A DNA stretch of 63,705 nucleotides, counting the filler, from Octopus bimaculoides (Eukaryota): assembly GCF_001194135.2 (NCBI RefSeq). It is 7 parts of 7 records of this genome, joined end to end, with 100 filler letters (N's around TTAATTAATTAA, not from the genome) between each part and the next. Parts side by side here need not be neighbours in the genome. Positions count along the whole stretch, not along the records: positions 20,966 to 43,895 come from NC_068987.1; 6 more parts are not named here. One strand, 5' to 3'. Shown here one piece after another: positions 26,554 to 37,500 of this stretch. The notes beneath the pieces are model-generated. The model searched no databases. It worked only from the letters and a program-made list of their open reading frames with translations, and was not told the DNA's origin. A program made the translations under genes and the position numbers. How positions within the stretch are numbered: position 1 is the first letter of the stretch; each line of letters begins with the position of its first letter.

Positions 26554-26570
26554 TCTCTTCTCCCGTCTAG

Positions 26571-28420
26571 CTTTCCTGGGGAGACACATCGTGATGTCAG
26601 CGAAATGGCGGCAGGCCAGGGACGTGTTCCTGTCAAATGTTGATACACTTAGTGAGACGATGAAGCGACAGCCTAGTCACATGATCACCACACGTGACCT
26701 ATTCGGTCTAACGAAGGGCGAGGACGTCGCACTAATGGACTCGGCACTGAGTGAACAAGGAACCGATATCAAAAAGTACCGCGAGACTTACAGAGGAGTT
26801 CCAGTATTTGATGCCAGCCTCACTTTAGAAGAGGACGCCAAAACGCATGTGTACACTGGTCAGGTGACTGGTAAACTAGTTGAGAACCTTGACGATGACA
26901 TCAACTCTACGATACCAAATTTGACCGACGAGGAAGCGATGCAATTAGCTGCCAACTACGGCAACTTCTCTATGGAAGGGGCCCGCATAGAGTATGATAA
27001 ACCCCAGTTGATGATCTTTGTGAAGGATGATATAGGAATCCTAGTCTATCGAGTTCAATATTATGCCGTGTCTGATGGAAAAAATTATCGATTTTGTATG
27101 ATGATTGATGCAAAGAACGGAACACTTGTCTCCAAATGGAATACATTAGAAACTGTAACGAGCAAATATGAAATGAAAGGTGTTGGTGGTAACATGTTGA
27201 TAGGCAAACAGAGATACGGAGAAGAACTACCATATTTGAAGGTGACACGTGAAGGCGATGAGTGTTATTTCGCGAACGATATCGTCAAAGTGGTGAATTT
27301 GAAAGGAGAAGAGTTTCTGCCTAATGAGGAAGAACAAGTCTATCACGTCAACTGCAAAGATGGTACGAAAGATGAAGCGAACGGAGCTTATTCTCCGATA
27401 AATGATGCTCTTTTCTATGGCAACATCATCTACAGTATGTACATGGAATGGCTGAAAGTTCCTCCGAAAAAGGAGTTGCCTATGGTCTTCCGTGTGCACT
27501 ATAGTAACGATGTAGTGAATGCTTTTTACAATGGCAGAAACTTTACGTTTGGTGATGGAGACTGGGATTACATGCCACTTGTGACCCTCGATATTGCAGC
27601 CCACGAAGTATCCCATTGCTTTACAGAGGAACACTCAGGTTTAATATACGAGGGACAGTCGGGTGGTATCGACGAATCGTTCAGTGACCTGGCTGGTGAA
27701 GCAGTTGAAATCTTTTTTAATATAAACGAAAATAACAACTGGAAAATTGGAGAAGACATTGCAGCAACACCAATTCGCAATATATGTAACCAATCAGAAG
27801 ACGGGATGTCGATCATACATGCCGGCGACTATAAAAGCAGTTTGGACGTCCATTACCTAAGCGGAGTATTCAACCGGTTCTACTGTTTGTTGTCCAATCG
27901 GAAAGAATGGGGTGTTCAAAAGGTGTTCCAAACAGCAGCACATTCCAACCGTTTCTACTGGCACCCAACAACCAGCTTCGTTGAGGCCGCTTGTGACTTT
28001 ATGAAATCCGCGTATGACCTTGGCTACGACACTGGACCTGTGTCACAAGTTTTCACGAAGGTAGGCATCGAAGTATGTGGTTTATCCTCATACATCAGAA
28101 CAGTCCATCAGAACTCAAAAATCGAGGGTCTAAGTGCGATTACCGGTCAAGAAGTCTTATTTCAACTAATCTTAACAAATTTACCATTAAAAAATGTGAA
28201 AATTGTTACATTTGGCAGTGGTGAAGCAGATTTGTTTGTTTGCTCCGAGAAGATTCTCTGTAATGAACATTTGTCGGAATGGCGATCGAACAAGCCTGGT
28301 TCCGACCAGCAGCTTTTCATTAAAAGTCCGAAGCAAGGCAAATATTTCATAATATTAAAACCAAAAGTCTCGAGCTATATCGAAGGTGTAACTTTAGCAG
28401 TGACATTTGAAGATAATTAA
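26571..28420 (+). CDS. Exon 2 of secreted M4-family (vibriolysin/pseudolysin-like) zinc metalloprotease: FTP + PepSY propeptide, M4 catalytic domain, C-terminal PPC-like domain
   Basis: Acceptor ttctcttctcccgtctAG at 26569-26570 and an uninterrupted frame to TAA 28418-28420. Motifs: YRETYRGVPVFD (FTP), LVYRV..IDAKNGTLVSKW (PepSY), NAFYNG..FTFGDG, HEVSH (27602-27616), GGIDESFSD (E at 27674), DVHYLSGVFN (H at 27851), and SGEADLFV..GKYFIILKP (PPC-like). Confidence 0.95.
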
Positions 28421-28422
28421 CA

Positions 28423-28466
28423 AATAAATTTGTTTTGTTTTAAAGCAAAAAAAAAAAAAAAAAAAA
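28423..28466 (+). terminator. Polyadenylation signal and genomic A-tract after the M4 gene
   Basis: AATAAA at 28423-28428, just after the stop codon, followed 18 nt later by 20 A (28447-28466) that run into an N gap. Confidence 0.6.
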
Positions 28467-29439
28467 NNNNNNNNNNNNNNNNNNNNNNNNNNNNNNNNNN
28501 NNNNNNNNNNNNNNNNNNNNNNNNNNNNNNNNNNNNNNNNNNNNNNNNNNNNNNNNNNNNNNNNNNNNNNNNNNNNNNNNNNNNNNNNNNNNNNNNNNNN
28601 NNNNNNNNNNNNNNNNNNNNNNNNNNNNNNNNNNNNNNNNNNNNNNNNNNNNNNNNNNNNNNNNNNNNNNNNNNNNNNNNNNNNNNNNNNNNNNNNNNNN
28701 NNNNNNNNNNNNNNNNNNNNNNNNNNNNNNNNNNNNNNNNNNNNNNNNNNNNNNNNNNNNNNNNNNNNNNNNNNNNNNNNNNNNNNNNNNNNNNNAGAGA
28801 GAGAGAGAGAGAGAGTGAGTGAGAGAGAGAGAGAGGGAGAGAGAGAGAGAGAGAGAGAGAGAATTTAGTAATTACATATATAACAGGTATGTATATGATA
28901 CAAAAGCATATTGAAATACGAATCCAAAACCGAAGAAAATAACAAAGAAAGAAAGAAATATTGAAACAAAGGAAAGAAAGAAAGAAAGAAAAACATCAAA
29001 GCAACAGCGTTTCAATTGGTCGCAAACCACAAGGTTCAACGGAACCTGCTAAAGTAAGCCAACGCATGCGTAGCATTACCGCCTGTGATGACGAGGCTAA
29101 GGCTTTGGAAGAGCCAAGTACACTCACGGAATTAAGCAATAGCAGCAACCCTACAGTAAAATCTTTCTCTACTCATGCTTATAGAATGTGCAAGGTTGAA
29201 AATCTAGAAACTACAGACAAAAAAGCAGCAAACCCTTTATATTAATATTGTGTTAAAAATAGACCAAAACAAATATATTCTTCAAAGCTATGAGAAATGA
29301 GATGGAGAGCAACAGACGCGTGTTTCATTGTAAGTCAATGTGACATACTACTATCACTTTCGAAAGGAAGTCGAAAAAGATTTTACTCTAGAGCTGTCGA
29401 TGCATGACGGGAAACTGAGAGAATCCCGTTGTCTCATCA

Positions 29440-29925
29440 TCATAATTCCATCATCATCGTTTAACATCCAGAGAAGGAAAAGTATTGGCCCCAGCATCGA
29501 CCCCTGGGGAACGTCACTGCAGGCATTCGTCTGCGCGGAGAAATCTCCATTTATCTGCACTGGAAAGGTTCGATGGCTCAGGAAGGAAGAAATCCACGAA
29601 GTCACCAATGGGTGAATCTTGTATGCTTGAAGTTTGCGCAAGAGAAGTCGGTGATTAACGGAGTCAAACGCCTTTGCGAAGTCCACCGAGTCTTTTTCAT
29701 CCATGGTACTTGTAATCCACTCTTCAAGAAGGAGAAGATTTGTCAGGCAAGATCTTCGGCGTTGAAATCCATGCTGCGAGTCGGATATAGCATTTGAAAT
29801 AAGGAGGTGATCCATGAGAGATTACTTGACGATGATCTCCATGACTTTGCAGAGGATGGATCTCAGACTGACCGGTCGATAATTAAGGGGATCTTCCTTA
29901 CTGCCCTTTTTGAATATTGGATTAA
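29440..29925 (-). mobile_element. CR1/L2-type LINE reverse transcriptase fragment
   Basis: PIFKKGSKEDPLNYRPVSL..QHGF..RSCLTNL..DFAKAFDSVNH..VPQGSMLGPILF. Confidence 0.88.
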
Positions 29926-30298
29926 CTGAGTTTAGCTAATTTTAACTAACTTGAGTTTCACTGTGGCTGGGCAGCATTGTTAGTGAAGTACCTTTGTATA
30001 TTCCTGTACTCCAAAATTGTATGTAGGTACTAAAATTGTTAATCAATCGCTTAAATATCAAACCAACTAAACTAGTCATCCGTTTGTTGAAGTTGTTTAA
30101 ACAACTAATTGTTTGTCAAAATTATTTTGTTGCTATTCACAACCTTATCAATGACAGACCTCCTCCCTTCACTCTCAACATCGAATCCCCTGAGAATGAA
30201 TTTTATGCCTATGTGCATGTATGCTTGTGTGTGGGTATGTAGATGTGTGGTAGCTTACAAAGGAAAGGACGAGTGAGATAATCGAAGAATGCAACTGT

Positions 30299-30365
<67 letters not shown>

Positions 30366-30823
30366 ACTTACGCGCCTGCCCGTATGTGTGCTCGTGCGTA
30401 GGTGGAACCTAGCCATCTGTGACCTATTTCGATGTTCGTCTTTTTTCTGAAGGCCAGCTCGGTGTCAGATCTGCGGGAGATTGATTGTCTCGTAAAGATT
30501 TGATTGCAGTTCGTTGTATATGGAGGGGAAAGGGGTGGAAAATAGGGTGAGTATTTATGTGTGTGCGCACGAGTTAGTATGATCTAATGTGCGTGTAGCG
30601 GTTGAGTCGGTTCTGTGAATGTATATGCTCGAATGCGTGTAGGTGAGAATATGTGTTTACTTCTGTGTGTGCATTCCTATGTGTGTATGTGTGTGCGTGT
30701 GCGTTTGTGGATGTGTGTGTGTGTGTGTGGTTGTGTGTTCTTGTGTGTGTCTATGCATACGCAAATGCGTGCGTGAATATGTATGGCAGTGTATTGGGAT
30801 TGTTCATTATCACATGTACCTAT

Positions 30824-31160
30824 GGCGCATGGCTCAGTGGTTAGAGCGTCGGGCTAATAATCATAAAGTAGTGAGTTCGATTCCTGGACCGGGCTGTGTG
30901 TTGTGTCTTTGAGCAAGACATTTCATTTCACGTTGTTCCAGTTCACTCAGCTGTTGAAGGGAGTTTCGACGTCATTGGTGTCAAGGTATATCGGCCCCTT
31001 TACCTTTCCCTTGAATAAGATCGGTGACATACAGAGAGAAGGCTGGTATACATAGGCCACTGCTGGTCTTCCACAAACAACCTTACTCGGACTTGTGCCT
31101 TGGAGGGTAACTTTCTAGGTGCAATCCCATGGTCAGTCATGACCGAAGGGAGTCTTCACT
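30824..31160 (+). mobile_element. SINE family C (tRNA head)
   Basis: ggcgcatggctcagtggttagagcg ... gagttcgattcc ... gtctttgagcaagacatttcatttcacg. Related heads at 43500-43680(-), 51145-51300(+) and 59477-59605(+). Confidence 0.8.
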
Positions 31161-31479
31161 TTTATTTGTATGGATTCCCTTGCATCCTGCTGTCAGTCTA
31201 ATCCTGCTCTCTATATATATACCTGCACACATATGCCCACCCACACACGGACGCACACATGGATTGATATATTTTCTATTCAGTATTGGTAATGTCTCAT
31301 TTATGAGAATAGATTTTGGAACATCATTGAAGTCGCGAATAGCGAAGAAAGGGATTTGACAAACCAACACCGATTCGTTGTTTAACTAACACATTAAACA
31401 AACGCTCGATTAGTTAGAAATGCTAACATATTTAACCGATTGATTAACAAATTTAACAATAAAGAAGTGATATTGAACT

Positions 31480-31717
31480 AGTGCGTCTGTTTATTATTAT
31501 TGGCAATATGACCTTCAACTATCCAACCAAGTGTTTCTTCTTTGAAGACGTTCAAATGGCCTTCACCATTTTTCCCTCGCTTTCTTCTTTGCCATTCTTT
31601 ATTACTACTGTTCCAAGTGAAATACATGGATTCTTCATCATAAATGTTTTTGCAAAGACATCATTGATGCACAATGAAAAGAATTCTGTCAGTGTTCTCA
31701 TATGTTGTTCATTGACA

Positions 31718-31760
<43 letters not shown>

Positions 31761-32130
31761 TCATTATTTCTGAGCAGTATTCTTTGTTCACCTGGTCGAT
31801 GAACTTGCAGTCTCATTATTGTAGTTGCTCTTTCATCCTAAGATGGATGCAACTGCTTCGAATGGACCAGTATACCTACCCATTACCTATTGACTAATTT
31901 CGTTATCAATTTTTATTTGAACAGCAGCCTAGAGCACAGAAGGGCAAAGGCAGACAGCTAAGGACATCTATCGCCAAGAAGATTTGTGTAGATTTGTATA
32001 CATTTCATGTCTTTACCTCTCCGTTACTAGCTGCTGATGTTGCGATGGCAATGTCGCGGTGATTAATTCCATTTGCACTGGGATATGTAGAAGTCATCGT
32101 GAAAAACCTGCAACTAATTTGTTCTCGTGT
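31480..32130 (-). mobile_element. Helitron Rep/helicase remnant
   Basis: Frameshifted DNEISQ*VMGRY..EAV, LQVHRPGEQR, TLTEFFSLCINDVFAKT and YFTWNSSNKEWQRRKRG..FKEETLG. These match the region just C-terminal of the Helitron Rep domain. Confidence 0.72.
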
Positions 32131-33645
32131 AGATTTCAATTTGAATTACACGCGCTTTTGGGTGTTCGTTGGTGGGTATGATGGGTAATTCTTGTAGAAT
32201 TCTTAATTCTTGTAGAATTCCGTAGAATTCCGTAGAATTTAAACAAGCGAAGGTAAGGTGGACGAGAATTTAAACAAATGAAGTTCAGTTTAAAGTTTAT
32301 AAATAAATATATTTCATTCCATGTTCCGTTTAAACTTTATGAATAAATGTATTTTTGCATTATTCATTATTGTTTTTAAAAATAAATCACATATACCCAT
32401 CNNNNNNNNNNNNNNNNNNNNNNNNNNNNNNNNNNNNNNNNNNNNNNNNNNNNNNNNNNNNNNNNNNNNNNNNNNNNNNNNNNNNNNNNNNNNNNNNNNN
32501 NNNNNNNNNNNNNNNNNNNNNNNNNNNNNNNNNNNNNNNNNNNNNNNNNNNNNNNNNNNNNNNNNNNNNNNNNNNNNNNNNNNNNNNNNNNNNNNNNNNN
32601 NNNNNNNNNNNNNNNNNNNNNNNNNNNNNNNNNNNNNNNNNNNNNNNNNNNNNNNNNNNNNNNNNNNNNNNNNNNNNNNNNNNNNNNNNNNNNNNNNNNN
32701 NNNNNNNNNNNNNNNNNNNNNNNNNNNNNNNNNNNNNNNNNNNNNNNNNNNNNNNNNNNNNNNNNNNNNNNNNNNNNNNNNNNNNNNNNNNNNNNNNNNN
32801 NNNNNNNNNNNNNNNNNNNNNNNNNNNNNNNNNNNNNNNNNNNNNNNNNNNNNNNNNNNNNNNNNNNNNNNNNNNNNNNNNNNNNNNNNNNNNNNNNNNN
32901 NNNNNNNNNNNNNNNNNNNNNNNNNNNNNNNNNNNNNNNNNNNNNNNNNNNNNNNNNNNNNNNNNNNNNNNNNNNNNNNNNNNNNNNNNNNNNNNNNNNN
33001 NNNNNNNNNNNNNNNNNNNNNNNNNNNNNNNNNNNNNNNNNNNNNNNNNNNNNNNNNNNNNNNNNNNNNNNNNNNNNNNNNNNNNNNNNNNNNNNNNNNN
33101 NNNNNNNNNNNNNNNNNNNNNNNNNNNNNNNNNNNNNNNNNNNNNNNNNNNNNNNNNNNNNNNNNNNNNNNNNNNNNNNNNNNNNNNNNNNNNNNNNNNN
33201 NNNNNNNNNATAAGTATCACATTTATTTTGAAACTTAACTTCAAACTTCATTTGTTTTCTATTTTGATAAATTCTCTCTGTTGAAAATTATATTTTTATA
33301 TTTTAAATAATTTGCAATTTCAGGAAATATGTTTTTATATTAAATTTGTGTTTTCTAATAATTGATAGATAGATACATAGTAGATAGATATCAGTAAGTA
33401 AGTAAGCCAAAGTATCAACTCAAACCAGCAGACAGACAGACAGACGGACACACAGATAGCTCAGCAGGCATGCAGGCAGACAGGCAAGCAGGCTGACAGA
33501 CCAGCATGCAGGCATGCAGGCAGATAGGCAGACAGACGGCGACTACTTTCACTTCTGACATCTAATAGCGTGATAGTGCCGTTTACACTTTATTGGGAAA
33601 CCTGCTGAATGTATTTCAAGTTGATGTAACGCTGCACAAGAAGTA

Positions 33646-33747
33646 TATTGATATCATTGTTATTGTTTTTATTGATATCATTGTTATTGTTTTTATTGAT
33701 ATCATTGTTATTGTTTTTATTGATATCATTGTTATTGTTTTTATTGT
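33646..33747. repeat. 24-bp tandem repeat x4
   Basis: tattgatatcattgttattgtttt. Confidence 0.85.
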
Positions 33748-35032
33748 TCGTCCGTGGACACTATTGCACATCGCTCACGTAAGTTTGTTGTTATTCATAT
33801 TGTTACACAAAGCTATATATATATAACTTTTGTATTGCTATACAGATAAACTAAACAGGACTTTAGGAAGCTGGCTAGTTTTTTTTTTCCATTTGTAGCC
33901 CTTAGAGGCTAATCTGGGTTTTGTTTAGTAAACACGCCCCTCAATTTTTGTTTAAAAACAAAGATGATGGACGAACAACCCTCGTCCGCTGAAAAGAGCA
34001 GCCATTCATCTGCAGAATAGAACAGTCAATTTCTAAACGTCAGTAACAGCCGCAGGAACAACATCAACAATAAGAACAACAACAACCACAACAGACTACA
34101 TGAAATGTCAGAGGCAGAATAACCAGATTTCTTCAGATTATAGGAAGTTTTCTCGGGAACCTCGCGGGCTTTACTTCTAATGGGTGACAGAACGCTCTCT
34201 TAGATTGTGTGGGGTTAGCTGTTACAAGACGTGGGTGCAAAAGCGTCGCAAACCGGCTCACACACATTTCCGACTGTCTGACAGGTATGGACTGGATTTC
34301 CTGAATGTGCCAGTATTACAAATTAANNNNNNNNNNNNNNNNNNNNNNNNNNNNNNNNNNNNNNNNNNNNNNNNNNNNNNNNNNNNNNNNNNNNNNNNNN
34401 NNNNNNNNNNNNNNNNNNNNNNNNNNNNNNNNNNNNNNNNNNNNNNNNNNNNNNNNNNNNNNNNNNNNNNNNNNNNNNNNNNNNNNNNNNNNNNNNNNNN
34501 NNNNNNNNNNNNNNNNNNNNNNNNNNNNNNNNNNNNNNNNNNNNNNNNNNNNNNNNNNNNNNNNNNNNNNNNNNNNNNNNNNNNNNNNNNNNNNNNNNNN
34601 NNNNNNNNNNNNNNNNNNNNNNNNNNNNNNNNNNNNNNNNNNNNNNNNNNNNNNNNNNNNNNNNNNNNNNNNNNNNNNNNNNNNNNNNNNNNNNNNNNNN
34701 NNNNNNNNNNNNNNNNNNNNNNNNNNNNNNNNNNNNNNNNNNNNNNNNNNNNNNNNNNNNNNNNNNNNNNNNNNNNNNNNNNNNNNNNNNNNNNNNNNNN
34801 NNNNNNNNNNNNNNNNNNNNNNNNNNNNNNNNNNNNNNNNNNNNNNNNNNNNNNNNNNNNNNNNNNNNNNNNNNNNNNNNNNNNNNNNNNNNNNNNNNNN
34901 NNNNNNNNNNNNNNNNNNNNNNNNNNNNNNNNNNNNNNNNNNNNNNNNNNNNNNNNNNNNNNNNNNNNNNNNNNNNNNNNNNNNNNNNNNNNNNNNNNNN
35001 NNNNNNNNNNNNNNNNNNNNNNNNNNNNNNNN

Positions 35033-35033
<1 letters not shown>

Positions 35034-35081
<48 letters not shown>

Positions 35082-35300
35082 CAAAAACACCAGGACTTAC
35101 AAATATATATAACATACAGAAAATTGCACTACTGGGCACAGCACACATCCTACACAACACTTTCAATACAGTAACCATAAGAGCATCACAGCAAACCACA
35201 GCACATACCCAAGGCTCACAGAGCTGCGCTCGGTAGTGAAGTGAAAGCACGTTATAAAAATAAAACTACTGAACAATAATAATAATAATAATAATAATAA
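35034..35300 (+). mobile_element. R4/Dong-like extreme 3' fragment
   Basis: PGLTNIYNIQKIALLGTAHIL, with (AAT)n at both ends. Confidence 0.75.
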
Positions 35301-35457
35301 ATCTCCCGTTTATTTAGACAAGAAAATTTCGTTAAACTCCATCCATGCCCACCATGCCAAACGTACAGGTTTGGTCGAGTTAGAATACTTCATGTTTTGA
35401 TCCCAATAATAATAAGAACTGTGAAACTATGTTTATTTAAACCAATTATTATCAGTT

Positions 35458-36373
35458 CTATCGTATTTCTTGGGAAATCACTTTATAAACATGCCGCATA
35501 ATATCGATTGTTTGGAATTTGTCTTCCTCTATATCACATATTGCAACAATGGCCGGAGACTTGGAATACTTCTGAGGTTGGTAATGTTCCAAAACTTTGT
35601 AGAGCTTAAATTGTTTTTGATGAAAAAGTACTTTAAGACTTAGCTTCTCAGTCAGAATACCAATCCAGACATCAGTCGGCATAAAATGAGTATTCTTCAA
35701 AGCTGCCAGATAAAGTTTGTTGAATACTTTGATGTGTGCAACATAAGCAAAGCCGTGACAATACCGGGGATAGAACTGTCCTTGATATAATTTTCGGGGT
35801 TCTAACACACGAAACCGCTCTAGCTCAAGATGATGGGCTCGTGCCTGGCCAACAGGATAACAAAGTGCAAAGTGGTCTTCGCGAGCACCTTTGGAGAAAT
35901 CCGTGCCAAGCCACGATACAAGTCTGCCGTGATCTATCAAAGACTCATCATTCATCATCGCAACATATTCGGCATTGGCACAGAACTCTCCAATCCATTT
36001 CCACGCCATAATTGCTTTCATAGAAACATTCGTATATGATTCCTTGAAATCCTCCTGAAGGATATCATGATACATTTCGCTCTCTTTTTGAATGAGGGAT
36101 TCAATTGTAGAATTATCTGTCTTAGCGAAAAGAAAAACGTGTTTAATAATGACGCCTCTCGCACAAGAGTCACTTGGAATATTTTTAAAAGATTTTCTTA
36201 ATATTTCCCGCCGATCAAAATGATTGTACATAGTGATAATAGCATAAATAATAAATATTCTTCCATGTTGTGAACAGAGATTCGGTTCATTAATAACTCT
36301 TTGGAAATTATGTTCGTATGGTATTGGCTGATCATAATACATTTTGGGGATCACTGATCCTTTTGGCCGTTGT
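35458..36373 (-). CDS. GT31 / Galactosyl_T family beta-1,3-glycosyltransferase catalytic exon (5' exon(s) not located)
   Basis: 298-aa open frame with DRREILRKSF, ESEMYHDILQEDFKESYTNVSMK..WKW..FC, YPRYCHGFAYV and TDVWIGIL. Candidate acceptors at 36374-36375 (tctttctcAG) and 36450-36451 (ttcttctacAG; the gene frame has a stop at 36429-36427). AATAAA on the minus strand at 35437-35432. Confidence 0.85.
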
Positions 36374-36589
36374 CTGAGAAAGATTGAGGCACTTTTTAAT
36401 GCATTTGCTCTTTCAGAAAAATATCTTCAATTTGCGTAAGAAACAACACCTGTAGAAGAAAACAATTAAATAACATTATCAAAAGTAAAATTATTTATAA
36501 ATTACAATTAGAAAATTTCTCTGAATTTCTATATTTTACGGAATCTTATTGATTTATTTCGACTTTTATATTTTACTCTTTGTTTTTAT

Positions 36590-37240
36590 ATTAAAAAAAC
36601 GGCATCTCAAGAGCTACGAGGAAGGACACGTTAAAATTTGCTTTAAATTGTTGGCAATAGGTGTGAGCAGTAATTGTTGCCTTCGTTAGTAGCAACTCAA
36701 AGTGGTTGACTTCAATGCAATCCCACCAAACAGAAAGAACCGCTTTTTGCATGGGAGTCCTTTTAGAGTACTTTTAGGATTGTGGTTTAGCCTGTTCTCT
36801 ACAACTAAGCCATTGCCTGCATTACTTAACATTTTTATTGGAAATCTGTTTTTCATCACCAGTCACTAATCTGTCCAAAAGTAGGGAGATACGTTCACGC
36901 GAGGGAAGAGATGAGCATATGTTCACTCGTGATTTTTGGTTGGTTTCCACCAAATCACAGGGAACCCATTTTCCGAGTTCTGGAACCTTTCGAAGCTGTT
37001 GAAAATGGTGATGAACATAGAATTATCCTTCTCAAATCTGACAAAAGAAGTTCATCGTCCTATTCGTGGCATCTCTTTTGGGCTGAAATCACTATTTTGG
37101 CACTTTGCAAACCATTTGCAACTTCTTTCGTTCAAGCGTTCTTCCCCGCTAAACAAAGTGGGTATTTTCGGGTTGGTTTTGTTACATCGATTCCATTTTT
37201 GAACTTATAAAGTATTATGTGTCTTAAATTCACCTTCGTA
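36590..37240 (-). mobile_element. Mariner transposase remnant upstream of the GT31 exon
   Basis: Frameshifted pieces: KWFAKCQNSDFSPKEMPRIGR, GKWVP-DL, LDRLVTGDEK, LSVWWDC..HFELL. Confidence 0.75.
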
Positions 37241-37446
37241 CATTTTTGAGGGATTGATATTAGTAATTAAATCAGGCAGATTATTCTGTGAAAAGAAATT
37301 ATGTTAAGTTAAAGGTTTCCAAATCCATGTCAGTATCGATTAATACCATTTCTACATTTTAGTCTATTGTAAGATTTGATAGAAATGACATATATTTCGG
37401 ACATTAATTATGGGATGGCTTCTAAGTGAATCTCTTTGTAAATATA

Positions 37447-37500
<54 letters not shown>

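Noticed and set aside
26402-26570. Poly-Ile N-terminus of the 672-aa ORF as a membrane anchor
   Set aside because: It is an intronic (ATT)n microsatellite read through in frame from a TTG. The real 5' end is better explained by exon 24058-24106.
26571-28420. Bacterial contaminant contig
   Set aside because: Gap-free continuity with host repeats, a phase-compatible GT-AG intron, AATAAA and the absence of neighbouring bacterial genes or operon structure argue against it. Long reads would be the final test.
30824-30900. tRNA genes at SINE heads (also 44710, 51145, 59477)
   Set aside because: A and B boxes are present, but the sequence runs into SINE bodies with no complete cloverleaf or terminator.
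33850-34326. Possible LINE 5' end / ORF1 start (MMDEQPSSAEKSSHS..)
   Set aside because: Early stops, truncation by a gap and no motif I can verify from the sequence alone.
37234-37285. Small upstream exon for the GT31 gene
   Set aside because: Splice-like borders exist, but joining it to either acceptor introduces a stop, and the apparent donor may coincide with the mariner terminus.
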